Below, piece by piece: positions 24,986 through 33,622 of a stretch of DNA of 53,630 bases. Positions within the stretch are counted from its first letter, which is position 1. Every line of letters starts with the position of its first letter. The notes under the pieces are model-generated. The model worked only from the letters and a program-made list of their open reading frames with translations, was not told the origin of the DNA and ran no database searches. A program made the translations under genes and the position numbers. This DNA comes from a virus (Duplodnaviria; Caudoviricetes), in the IMG/VR virus record IMGVR_UViG_3300048606_000130, positions 1-53,630 of that record, one strand, 5' to 3'.

Positions 24986-26042
24986 CGGTGCCCTGCCGTC
25001 GCTGGTCTTCCGCTTTCGCCGCCTCAAGCGCCGTCCGCTGTCGACAGCGCCAGTTCGGTTGTGCACACGGCGAATCGGTGTGAGGGCAGGTGTACGACGC
25101 CGCCTCCCCACTCGTGGCCGCGGCATCGGCGCGCACGAGATCCGCCTTCATCGCCGCGCGCCAGAATTTGTAATCGTCAACGACGATGCGCTCACCCGTC
25201 GGGATCGCCGCGCACGTCCGGGTGTAGAACGCTGTCAGCCAGGACGCCGCGTGCCCTTTCCGGAGCCACTCCTGATGCAGGCCCGTCGGCACACAGACGC
25301 GTCCGCACCAAGCGTGCGCGGTGCCGGTCAATCGGCACGGCGGCGGTCGGACGACGTCGAGCGGCGGCACGGCGGGTGTGTGTAGTTCTTTAGAAGTGTG
25401 TACGTACTCGCGCGCGCGCGGGTCTACGTCTAGGGGGTGCGAACGTCGGTGAAAATCACCGATGTGATCTGCCCTAAAACGGACCCAACGTCGGTGAAAA
25501 TCACCGAAGTCACCGACCTTTGTCCACCAACGTCGGTGAAAATCACCGATGTTGGAAAGCGCCTGTCGCCAACGTCGGTGAAAATCACCGACCTTTGTCC
25601 ACCAACGTCGGTGAAAGTCACCGATGTTGTTTGCCCTAAGATCGGCCGGCGCGGGGCTCACGGGCGTCTCGGGTGTATCGAAGAGCGACGGTCCATCCGC
25701 GATCGGCCGTGCACTCGCGCGCGGCACCGGCTGGAGATCAGCACGCAGCGGCAACACCAGATCGGCGCCGGTCCCAGACAGGAGGAGGAGTTCGTAGCAG
25801 GCGCGGCGACCACGCCCGCCGCCGACAATTCGCAGGACCTTGACGTCGTCAGCCAGCAGGTCGCGCGCCTGACGGATCGCCTGGTCGTAGTAGCCGATGT
25901 CTAAGTCGTCAATTGCCAACGGCGGCGTCATCGTCTCCCCTTCCGGGATCAGCTCCGCGATTTTCTTCAGCAGCGCCCGCGCGCAGCCTTTGACTTTGGG
26001 GTGGAGGCAGGCTCGCACGGCGTCCTCGGCGGCCGCGCTCAT
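24978..26042 (-). CDS. Probable replication initiator (lambda O-like position) with internal iterons
   Basis: N-terminal HTH-like region (ARALLKKIAELIP...GGGRGRRACY). Central repeats translate as GDFHRR. Confidence 0.6.
   Translation of the reverse strand: MSAAAEDAVRACLHPKVKGCARALLKKIAELIPEGETMTPPLAIDDLDIGYYDQAIRQARDLLADDVKVLRIVGGGRGRRACYELLLLSGTGADLVLPLRADLQPVPRASARPIADGPSLFDTPETPVSPAPADLRANNIGDFHRRWWTKVGDFHRRWRQALSNIGDFHRRWWTKVGDFGDFHRRWVRFRADHIGDFHRRSHPLDVDPRAREYVHTSKELHTPAVPPLDVVRPPPCRLTGTAHAWCGRVCVPTGLHQEWLRKGHAASWLTAFYTRTCAAIPTGERIVVDDYKFWRAAMKADLVRADAAATSGEAASYTCPHTDSPCAQPNWRCRQRTALEAAKAEDQRRQGTDG
25442..25624. repeat. Five 21-bp palindromic iterons, probable replication origin
   Basis: AACGTCGGTGAAA(A/G)TCACCGA at 25442, 25487, 25529, 25571 and 25604. 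The core TCGGTGA-N3-TCACCGA is an inverted repeat. Confidence 0.8.
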
Positions 26043-26210
26043 GCGGCTGCACGCTCCGTCACATTCCTGACTGACAGGGGCTTGAACCCGCCGGTAGACT
26101 TCCGGCATTCTGGACGTGGGGGCTGCTCCACTTCGGCACTCCTCCTGAACATCTCCTCCCACGCGGTTGCGGTTAGGCTCCTTAGCCGCGTGTGGGGAGA
26201 TCCGATTTAC

Positions 26211-26366
26211 CTACCCGGCGTCCTCGAGAAACCCTTCATCCTCCGGATCGTCGGTCCCGTCGTCGTCGAGGTCGTCTTCCTCGGACCCGTCGTCGAGATC
26301 GTCGTCGCCTGGATCATCCGGGTCATCGTCGACGTCCTCAATCGGGTGAGCGCGGACGGCTGGCAT
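26211..26366 (-). CDS. Very acidic 51-aa peptide
   Basis: MPAVRAHPIEDVDDD...FLEDAG, 26 of 51 residues D/E. Purine-rich RBS; the start could be further upstream. Confidence 0.5.
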   Translation of the reverse strand: MPAVRAHPIEDVDDDPDDPGDDDLDDGSEEDDLDDDGTDDPEDEGFLEDAG

Positions 26367-26758
26367 TCCACCCACCTCTCCGGCGGGTCGCCGGTGCCTC
26401 GATCTCTGTGCTTCGTCCGCGTGCATCACGACGATCCTTTCGCGCGCACCGCCGCGGCGGCCCGCACGCGTTGCTCGATTTGCTGCCCGAGCGCGACGAG
26501 TTTCCACTGCAACTCGCCCACGGCTTTACGGGCCTCCAGGTCCTCCGCGCCGGACCCGTATTCCAGACCCGCCGAGAGACGCCGATTAATCTCGTTGATG
26601 TCCGCGACCCGTCAATCCCAACCACGCCTCCGCCTGCGGTTGTTCGAGACATTCTGGACACTCGACCCACGCGCGCACAACGAGCCCGAGCTCCGGATCG
26701 ACACCCGAGCAGCGCTTGCCGCAGCGCGAGCAATGCACGTGCTCGACGTAGGGCGCCA

Positions 26759-27034
26759 TCAGTCTGCCCGCTGGACGCAGTTCAAGATCGTGGTCGCGAA
26801 GTGCCGTGCCTCGTCGTCGGTGAGGAACACGCATTTCAGCAACCGCTGATAGTCGATCGCGATCTCCCCGCTCGCATCGCGCCCGACCAACGCCGTGCCG
26901 CCGCGGCCCGAATCCGCCTGCCCGACACACTGTTCGAGATCGTCGACGCGCACGATGACGTACTGCGAGTATTCCTTCCGCGCCTGGCGCGCTTCTTTTT
27001 GTAGGCGAAGAAACCAGTCCGGGTCGGTTCTCAC
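26759..27034 (-). CDS. Hypothetical protein
   Basis: Coupled ORF in the early operon. Confidence 0.55.
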   Translation of the reverse strand: MRTDPDWFLRLQKEARQARKEYSQYVIVRVDDLEQCVGQADSGRGGTALVGRDASGEIAIDYQRLLKCVFLTDDEARHFATTILNCVQRAD

Positions 27035-27200
27035 GGGCGGTCTCCGTCCTTTCGGTACACGTTCTCATTCAACCAACGCGGGGAGACCGGGGAGTCAGAG
27101 ACATTCGATCGTCGGCGCCGTCGACGGCTGAACACCCAACACCAGCCGCCGATGATCGCCATGAAGCCCAGCCACACGCCAACGGCGGTCACGAGCAGTC

Positions 27201-27509
27201 TCATGCGCGCGATCCTGCGGGTTCAGCCTTCGCATGCCGCGGACAATGGTCGACGTCGGCGCCGAGGCCGCGGGCTTTCGTCCGGTGCAGTTCGCACATC
27301 GGGGCGTCACACGTCAGCGGTTTGCCGGCGAGGTCCTGGCCGGCTGGATGATCGCAGAGGGCGACCGACATGCGGCCGCAGCGATTGCCCCACTGCGGAT
27401 TGTCCTTCTCGAACCGCGGGGCGACACAGAGCGCGGCGCCGGGCTTTCGGCCGAAGTTCAGATGCGCGATCGTGTCGGCGCCCGGTTCACCGATCCGGTA
27501 CCAGCTCAT
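27201..27509 (-). CDS. Cys-rich hypothetical protein
   Basis: LCD...TCDAPMCELH...DHCPRH. Confidence 0.65.
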   Translation of the reverse strand: MSWYRIGEPGADTIAHLNFGRKPGAALCVAPRFEKDNPQWGNRCGRMSVALCDHPAGQDLAGKPLTCDAPMCELHRTKARGLGADVDHCPRHAKAEPAGSRA

Positions 27510-28014
27510 GCCGCGCCGCGCTTCCCGTCGCGCACGCCGTCGGCGTACGCCTCCTGAATGTGCCGCCGCCGATTCTTCCGCACGCGGCCGACGCCGGGCA
27601 CGGACACGACGTCATCAGCCGTGAGAATGTCCGGGATGCCGGCCGGATAGAGATCCTGCAGCCATTCGGTGAAGACGCCGGGCAACTCGGAGACGAGCGG
27701 GATCGCGGGCGAGGTGCGCAGCTGGCCCTTCGCGCACAAACACCGCGCGGCCACGCACCGGCCGCCGATGTCGACACTGAGAATGCCCGTGCCGCCGCAG
27801 GGGTCATCGAACATGCCGCCCTGACGTGCGCTCATCGTCCGCCTCGGGCTTGTCGCGTGATGACGCATCGATCGCACCCGCAGCGATCGTGATGGTTATG
27901 GTCCTTCACCGGTGGCGGGACGTACGGAGGCCGATCGTGTTCGTCACTGACGATCACGGCGATCAAGCCGTAGCGGAGCGGTTCGACGGAGACGGTTGTT
28001 ACCGGGTCCATTCG

Positions 28015-28362
28015 TTACCTCACGAACGGTTCCGCCGTCTTCAGCCAGTCCCGCAGATCGATCCGAGAGGTCCGGTGGGCCTTGATGTCCCCGATCACTT
28101 CGTACGCTTCGCGGAGGAGTTGCCGCAGGACGGGGTCCGCCGCCGGTCGCATCGGCAGGCGCTCGTCAAACTTCTGGAGCACCATCTGCCGCAACGCGTG
28201 CAGCGCCTGGTCCGGACTGACTTCGCCAATGGCCCGATCGAGCGCGGTGCGCATGACCTGGATCTCGTGCAGCACGTCGTCGACGTCGCGGGCAAACGCC
28301 TGCCGGGCGTCGGCGATCATCTGCCGCATCTGGGCGCGTGGGTCGTCAAGAGGGTCAGCCAT
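28015..28362 (-). CDS. Hypothetical helical protein
   Basis: Protein-like ORF in the operon. Confidence 0.6.
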   Translation of the reverse strand: MADPLDDPRAQMRQMIADARQAFARDVDDVLHEIQVMRTALDRAIGEVSPDQALHALRQMVLQKFDERLPMRPAADPVLRQLLREAYEVIGDIKAHRTSRIDLRDWLKTAEPFVR

Positions 28363-28595
28363 CAGTCACCGGTGGTGGGATCGGGCAACGGTCGCCTCAC
28401 GCCGGGGCCAGCGTGGTTCCCAGCCGCCGCCGCCCGATCCGGACCAGTCACGCTGAAACTGCATTTTGAAAATGCGCTTTCGACATATTCGATATGTGCG
28501 GCGACGGTTCGCCCCGGTACGATGGTGGTCCGACTCCCCAGCCGGAGCAGCTCTCCCCGGAATGTGTTGCGCCCCGCCGCCGCGGGTTGAAAAGG

Positions 28596-28814
28596 TCACG
28601 CGCGCCGCCGTCGCGGCAACGGGCGACCGAGCGCGCACCGCGAACAGAGATTCGGTTCGGCCCAGATGCAGCCGCCCGGACACCCCTGCTCGTCCGAGCA
28701 GCCGCACGCGCGGCAGATGCCGACCGGCGTGAAGATGAATTTGCCGTTGGGGAGAATCGTCGGCCCTTCGGCCGCGGCCTGTTCGAGCCGCGCGGTTACC
28801 TCATCGGCGTCCAT
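28596..28814 (-). CDS. Small Cys-rich Zn-finger protein
   Basis: CRACGCSDEQGCPGGCIWAEPNLCSRC with a GGAGG RBS. Confidence 0.65.
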   Translation of the reverse strand: MDADEVTARLEQAAAEGPTILPNGKFIFTPVGICRACGCSDEQGCPGGCIWAEPNLCSRCALGRPLPRRRRA

Positions 28815-28897
28815 TGATCACCTCCGAGTTATCCATAGATCCGTTATCAGACGTCTGAATTTTCCTCAGTGATCGCGCGCGATCTACTTGACCTTTC

Positions 28898-29224
28898 TCA
28901 AGCAATCTGACCACCCGTCTGACGCCTCACAAACGGCCGTAACCCATCACCGAACAACGACATCTGGTGCGGCCCCCCTCGCAGCCCCTGCTTTTTTGGC
29001 CGTAAGCGTGACGCGCCGCGCAGCCGGGCTTCCGCGCGCCGATTCGCCAGCCACAACACGTCGCCCTTTCGAAAGAGTCGCCAGCCGGCCGGCGTCCGCG
29101 TACACGGCAACTGCGCATCCCGCACGAGGTGTCGCACCCCTTCGTCGGTCAGGTCCAACGCGCGGGCGACGTCGCCCACGGTGCAGGCGTCCGCCGGGAC
29201 GTATGGCTCTGCTAAAATACGCAT
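28898..29224 (-). CDS. MerR/excisionase-like HTH protein
   Basis: TVGDVARALDLTDEGVR...RTPAGWRLFRKGDV. Confidence 0.8.
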   Translation of the reverse strand: MRILAEPYVPADACTVGDVARALDLTDEGVRHLVRDAQLPCTRTPAGWRLFRKGDVLWLANRRAEARLRGASRLRPKKQGLRGGPHQMSLFGDGLRPFVRRQTGGQIA

Positions 29225-29382
29225 GGCTCGTGACTCCCCAGTCCGAGTTCTTCTATCCCTGCGCTCAGAGGCCGCGGTGGCGTGGCAGCTCGCCGCGGTC
29301 TCACCCTCTGTCGAATCGTTCCTAAGCCTTTCGTTGAATCGCTCCTGGGTTCACCCGTTCAAATGGATACCCTCCCTTCCTG

Positions 29383-29625
29383 CTACCCCGTTTTCCTTAA
29401 TCGACCGGGCCGGACCCGCTCGAACTCGTGCTCCTGGAGGAACTCCGCGAGCTCGCGCCGGCCGGGGATGTTTTTCATCGCGCGATCGAGCGGGACACAT
29501 TCCGTGCAGAGCGTCCCTTCCCGGTTCGCCCAGCCGCAGCCGTTCGCGCAGGGTTCGAATTCCGTGCAGCGGCACCAGCGACAGCGGCCCGGCGTTTGGG
29601 TGAGGTAGATCGCGTGCGCGTTCAT
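29383..29625 (-). CDS. Small Cys-rich Zn-finger protein (same Cys pattern as 28596..28814)
   Basis: CRWCRCTEFEPCANGCGWAN...LCTEC. Confidence 0.65.
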   Translation of the reverse strand: MNAHAIYLTQTPGRCRWCRCTEFEPCANGCGWANREGTLCTECVPLDRAMKNIPGRRELAEFLQEHEFERVRPGRLRKTG

Positions 29626-30020
29626 GAGACCTCCATCGCGCTGGGTTCGAGCGCATCGACGGACACCTGGACTTCGCGAGGCTCGACGGTCTCGACCCAG
29701 TCGGCGATCGCTTCGCGCGTCCAGTGATGTCTGTCGTTGAGGTGCGCGATGACATGAATGACGGCGATCGCGCAGGTCGACCCTTCGAGCCACGCATAGC
29801 CGCAAGCCGGACATGGTCGAACGTACCGGTTCTTCGGAATCACGGTGGACCACGGCCACAACCAATGCGGCTCATAGACGGAGAGCATGTGTTGCCCGAC
29901 GGCCTCGGCCGCGGCGGCGAGCGCGCAGGTGTGCGTCTCATCTTTCAGTTGGTGGTTGGGTCCCCCGAACTTTTGCGGCTTCCACATCGCGCCCAATCGA
30001 ATCGCCTCGGATAATGTCAT
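29622..30020 (-). CDS. Hypothetical protein, tandem paralog A
   Basis: MTLSEAIRLGAM...CALAAA...CPAC...HLNDRHHWTREAIADWVE. Confidence 0.75.
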   Translation of the reverse strand: MTLSEAIRLGAMWKPQKFGGPNHQLKDETHTCALAAAAEAVGQHMLSVYEPHWLWPWSTVIPKNRYVRPCPACGYAWLEGSTCAIAVIHVIAHLNDRHHWTREAIADWVETVEPREVQVSVDALEPSAMEVS

Positions 30021-30409
30021 GAGACCTCCACCGCGCTGGAATCGAGCGCATCGACGGCCGCGGGGACTTCGCGAGGTTCGACGGTCTCGACCCAATCCGC
30101 GATCTGCTCGCGCGTCCAGCGATGGCGGTCGTTGAGATGCGAGATCACGAACGCGAGCCCGAGTCCGTCGTCATGGCCGCACATCGGACACCCGACGCCC
30201 TTTGTCTTGAGAATCGGAAATGTCGCGCGCGTGAGGTCGTCCCAGCGTTGGAGGGGGACGAGCTCGAGCCGGCGCTCGGTGTGCTCGTCCATGAGGCCCG
30301 CCGCTTCGTAGGCCGCGCCCATCGCACAACTCTCGTGATCGAGGAACAAGTCCCCGAACGCCTGCGGCCGGATCATCGCCCCTAAGCGAATCGCGTCAGA
30401 CAAGTTCAT
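30017..30409 (-). CDS. Hypothetical protein, tandem paralog B
   Basis: MNLSDAIRLGAM...CAMGAA...CPMC...HLNDRHRWTREQIADWVE. Confidence 0.75.
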   Translation of the reverse strand: MNLSDAIRLGAMIRPQAFGDLFLDHESCAMGAAYEAAGLMDEHTERRLELVPLQRWDDLTRATFPILKTKGVGCPMCGHDDGLGLAFVISHLNDRHRWTREQIADWVETVEPREVPAAVDALDSSAVEVS

Positions 30410-30636
30410 ACGACCTCCTCCGCCCGGGCGACGACGCGCGCGAGCGCATAGCCGCCCGAAATCCCGTCGAGCAAAATCACCCACGTGTCGCCGAGCTTCC
30501 ACGGCTGACTGCGCGTCACGGTCGCGACCTGGGTCCCGTCGTCTTTGGTGAGCGTCACCGCCGTGCCGATCGGCCAGCGCATCGCTTGCGCGAGCTGCGA
30601 CAAGGTCACCCGAAGCGGATCGGGCCGGTTCCTCAT
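30406..30636 (-). CDS. Hypothetical protein
   Basis: WPIGTAV...TVTRSQPW...GYAL. ATGA overlaps. Confidence 0.65.
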   Translation of the reverse strand: MRNRPDPLRVTLSQLAQAMRWPIGTAVTLTKDDGTQVATVTRSQPWKLGDTWVILLDGISGGYALARVVARAEEVV

Positions 30637-30920
30637 GCGACTCCATCCAGTTGGTTGCGCAGTTCGTCGAGCTTCTCCCGAAGGCGCAGGACTTCCGGTT
30701 CACGTCGTCGATACGACGGCTGCCGATCCTGTCGCCGCGCGGTTTCGATTTCGTCGAGCGGCTTCCCGAGATGCGCCGCTTCCGCGCGAATCAGCAGGTA
30801 GAAGATTTGGGTGCCCCAGCCGCAGTAGTAGCGCACGTCCGGATTCACCTGAATCTGATCGAGCGTGTGCTTGACGGCCGCGTAGAGCTGCTCCCGTTCG
30901 GTCAAGGCCACATCCGGCAT
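30633..30920 (-). CDS. Hypothetical protein
   Basis: MPDVALTEREQLYAAV... with a TAATG overlap. Confidence 0.6.
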   Translation of the reverse strand: MPDVALTEREQLYAAVKHTLDQIQVNPDVRYYCGWGTQIFYLLIRAEAAHLGKPLDEIETARRQDRQPSYRRREPEVLRLREKLDELRNQLDGVA

Positions 30921-31048
30921 TAGCGTCGGCCTTTCGTGATGACCGCGGCGGAATCCCAGCCAGCTTTCCACTGCCAGGCTTTGCGCCCGATCGCGACCAT
31001 CGCGAGACTGACGATGATGAAGAACCACGTGCCGGCGTCGAAGGTCAT
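30920..31048 (-). CDS. Small single-pass membrane peptide (42 aa, not in the ORF track)
   Basis: MTFDAGTWFFIIVSLAMVAIGRKAW... Confidence 0.5.
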   Translation of the reverse strand: MTFDAGTWFFIIVSLAMVAIGRKAWQWKAGWDSAAVITKGRR

Positions 31049-31148
31049 CCCCGGTCCTGCTTTCTGAAAAATCTGGAGCGACGTCCGGGGCTCCCAACCC
31101 GTGCTCTGGGCTCCGATGTAACCCAGACGGACGCCGCTCGCAGCTCGT

Positions 31149-31373
31149 CTATCCCGTCGCTTTCAGCCGTCGTTCCGCGCGCGCGCGCTCGAGCACGGAG
31201 TCATAGCCACACGCCCAGGCATCCACGTCGTCCCGATCAAACCGGTACCGCCGGCCGATGCGACGGAACGGGAGGCGGTGTTCCCGGATCAATCGGTAGA
31301 GTGCGGACTGCGAGCCGAGTCCCAGATACGCGATCAGCTCCGCTGGCGTGAGGTACGGCTCGCGCGTCATCAC
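31149..31373 (-). CDS. Excisionase-like HTH_17 protein (Xis candidate)
   Basis: YLTPAELIAYLG...LYRLI....LPFRRIGRRYRFDRDDVDAW. Directly after cro. Confidence 0.85.
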   Translation of the reverse strand: MMTREPYLTPAELIAYLGLGSQSALYRLIREHRLPFRRIGRRYRFDRDDVDAWACGYDSVLERARAERRLKATG

Positions 31374-31603
31374 GCCGCCGACTTTTCCGCGCGCGGCTTA
31401 CTCGACCGCTTGATGGGAAACAACTCTTTGCGGGACGTGCCAAGCACCGTCGCGATCAGATCCTGGACGTCGAGGCTCGGCACGAGGAGCCCTTTTTCAA
31501 TCTTGCTGAGGTACTGCTGGCCGATCCCGACGTGACGCGCGAGGTCCGCCTGGCTGAGGGTGCGCGCCCGGCGCAAGTTTCGCAGAGGCGTTGACTTCCG
31601 CAT
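31370..31603 (-). CDS. Cro-like XRE HTH regulator
   Basis: LRNLRRARTLSQADLARHVGIGQQYLSKIEKG..PS. Divergent from the repressor. Confidence 0.9.
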   Translation of the reverse strand: MRKSTPLRNLRRARTLSQADLARHVGIGQQYLSKIEKGLLVPSLDVQDLIATVLGTSRKELFPIKRSSKPRAEKSAA

Positions 31604-31656
31604 ATGAGCGGAAGCTTACGCCCCATCTCCGAGGTACGTCAAGCGTAACTTTACGC
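31588..31656. promoter_or_regulatory. Immunity operators (three 14-bp GCG(T/G)AA-NN-TT(A/C)CGC-like sites) overlapping the leftward lytic promoter
   Basis: GCGTAACTTTACGC at 31643-31656, GCGGAAGCTTACGC at 31608-31621 and GCGTTGACTTCCGC at 31588-31601. Minus-strand TTGACG (31642-31637)-N18-TAAGCT (31618-31613). Confidence 0.75.
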
Positions 31657-31729
31657 GGTACGAAGGAAAATGCTAAGGCCAGACGCCACAAGCGGTTACT
31701 CGGCGTCGGAAGGCCTGTATAACTGGCCC

Positions 31730-32074
31730 GTGCACGAGTTCACGATCGGCGACGTGATTCGTAAGACGCGGATCGCGCGGCGCTGGAGTCAGACAAAACT
31801 CGGGACCGAAGCGGCTTACTTTCAATTCGGCACCGGGACGCTCCCCATCAACAAGTCCACCGTGAGCAAGGTGGAACATGAACCCTACACCAGTGAGTTC
31901 GGCACCGTGTGGCGTTTGCTCGCCGCGCTCAACCTGACGTTTGCCGACGTCGAGCGACGCATCGGGACGCCGTTCACAGAGCGCCGCCGCGCGTCCACGC
32001 GCCAGGCCGCGCGTGATGAGGCGCCGAGCGAGGCGGCTGAAAAAAGGGGGCGCAAATCGACAGGGAGACTTTAG
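31730..32074 (+). CDS. CI-like XRE HTH repressor (no peptidase domain)
   Basis: IGDVIRKTRIARRWSQTKLG...INKSTVSKVE. Divergent from cro and in the same orientation as the integrase. TATAAC at 31718. Confidence 0.8.
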   Translation: MHEFTIGDVIRKTRIARRWSQTKLGTEAAYFQFGTGTLPINKSTVSKVEHEPYTSEFGTVWRLLAALNLTFADVERRIGTPFTERRRASTRQAARDEAPSEAAEKRGRKSTGRL

Positions 32075-32198
32075 TGCTCCTGCTCAGCGATCACTTTCCG
32101 TTTTGGTCGGCGTGTACCTGCGATCTCGATCGACGGCGCTGTTACCCGCGGCGGTGTCTCCTCCTGGCGGCGGCCGCGACGACGAGTAAAGAACAGCT

Positions 32199-32507
32199 AT
32201 GAGGAAATGCCGCTTCTGCGGAAAAGAGATCCAGGACACGTCGCGGGTCTGCGAGCACTGCGGCCGCGAGCTGCTCCCGCCCGTCGCGATCGCCCTCGTG
32301 GAGCCGCCGCGGAGTCTGCCGATCGCGCCGGATCCGGATCTGTCCACGGCGCCGATCGCGCGTGTCACGGTCGTCGACATCGACATGCCCTTCGGATCGA
32401 TGGTCGGGTTCATGGTCAAGTGGGCCCTGGCCGCGATCCCGGCGATCCTGATCCTGGCGGGACTCGCCGCGCTGCTAGGGTTCGTGTTCGGCTTGCTCGT
32501 ACGCTGA
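32199..32507 (+). CDS. Zinc-ribbon membrane protein (possible superinfection exclusion)
   Basis: CRFC...CEHC, then VVDIDMPFGSMVGFMVKWALAAIPA and a long hydrophobic C-terminus. Confidence 0.7.
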   Translation: MRKCRFCGKEIQDTSRVCEHCGRELLPPVAIALVEPPRSLPIAPDPDLSTAPIARVTVVDIDMPFGSMVGFMVKWALAAIPAILILAGLAALLGFVFGLLVR

Positions 32508-32513
32508 CGCCAC

Positions 32514-33596
32514 ATGGGGATCTTCACGCGGCCCGATTCGCCCTGGTGGTGGCTGTGGCTCGAGACCGCGCCACCGGGTCAGCGGAAAGAAAAGACCGCG
32601 ATCAAAATCGGCACGACGACCGCCCAGCGCCACGACAGTCGCGCCCTGGCCACCGATCGCTATCACCAGCGCATGAATCAGATCGCCGCCCGCGTGCACC
32701 GGCTGCCGACGGCGCAGCCGACGATCCGGTTCACGAAATACGCGACGACCTACAGCGTCGACGTGCTCGCCCATCGGCGCGATCCCGAACGCGAGCGCGG
32801 ACTCCTCAAGCCGCTCGTGAAAATGCTCGGCGGCGATCTGCTGCAAGCGATCGATCAGGACCGGGTGCGCACGTACATGACGATCCGCCGCGACGCCGGC
32901 GTGAGCGCGCGCACGGTGAACCGCGAAGTCGATCTCTTGAAGGGGATGCTGCGCGACGCCGTCCCGAAATATCTCGAGAGCTCGCCCCTTGTCGGCATGA
33001 AGCGCCTGCATGTGATTCCGCCGAAGCGCCGGCTGCTCACCGTGGCCGAAGAACGGCGACTCCTCCTGCATGCGGATCCGGTCGAGACGGCCCTGCTGCT
33101 GCTCGGGATCTACGGGCTGGTGCGCCAGGGCGACATCCTCGACGTGCGCCGTGAGGACCGCCATGGCCACTGGTTGTATATCGCCGACCCGAAGAGCGGC
33201 GAGCCGTATGAGATCGCGCTGACTCGACGCGTTGTCCTGGCGCTCGACGCGCTGAAGCCCGCCGGGCCCTACTACTTCCAGCGCTACCGCGGATCAAAGA
33301 CGGCGCGCGACCGGCGCGCCCGCATCCGCCGTGTCTTGATGAAACTCTGCCGCAAGGCGCATGTCCGGTACGGGAAGAAAACCGGCGGCATCACGTTCCA
33401 CTGGGCCACGCGGAAGACCGGGGCGACGCGCCTGGTCGTCGAGCAGCGGGCGCCGATCCCCGCCGTCCAGCGCCAGGGGAACTGGAAGAGCCCGGACGTC
33501 CTGCTCGGGATCTACGCCGAAGCCGACCGGGCGGCTCAGAGCCGGGCTATTCGCGCACTCCCGAAGCGCTCCCGGTCGAGGCGAAAGACCGCGTAA
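32514..33596 (+). CDS. int: Tyrosine integrase
   Basis: SARTVNREV core-binding region, GLVRQGDI (R), DPKSG (K), FHWATR, QGNWKS..IY. Directly upstream of attP. Confidence 0.9.
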   Translation: MGIFTRPDSPWWWLWLETAPPGQRKEKTAIKIGTTTAQRHDSRALATDRYHQRMNQIAARVHRLPTAQPTIRFTKYATTYSVDVLAHRRDPERERGLLKPLVKMLGGDLLQAIDQDRVRTYMTIRRDAGVSARTVNREVDLLKGMLRDAVPKYLESSPLVGMKRLHVIPPKRRLLTVAEERRLLLHADPVETALLLLGIYGLVRQGDILDVRREDRHGHWLYIADPKSGEPYEIALTRRVVLALDALKPAGPYYFQRYRGSKTARDRRARIRRVLMKLCRKAHVRYGKKTGGITFHWATRKTGATRLVVEQRAPIPAVQRQGNWKSPDVLLGIYAEADRAAQSRAIRALPKRSRSRRKTA

Positions 33597-33622
33597 ACAT
33601 TGAGTGTACGCAGGGATTCAGG

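Noticed and set aside
25442-25624. CRISPR-like array of palindromic 21-bp repeats
   Set aside because: Spacers are short (12-24 bp) and partly identical to each other (CCTTTGTCCACC twice). The array is in frame inside a CDS and there are no cas genes; iterons fit better.
27082-29245. GACTCCCC motifs at 28532, 29232 and (reverse) near 27090 as a C4/CI-type antisense system
   Set aside because: Only 8-10 nt matches in GC-rich DNA, and no supporting RNA structure could be established by eye.
29622-30150. DGR template/variable repeat pair
   Set aside because: No reverse transcriptase in the genome, mismatches are not confined to adenines, and both copies are coding 3' ends of paralogs.
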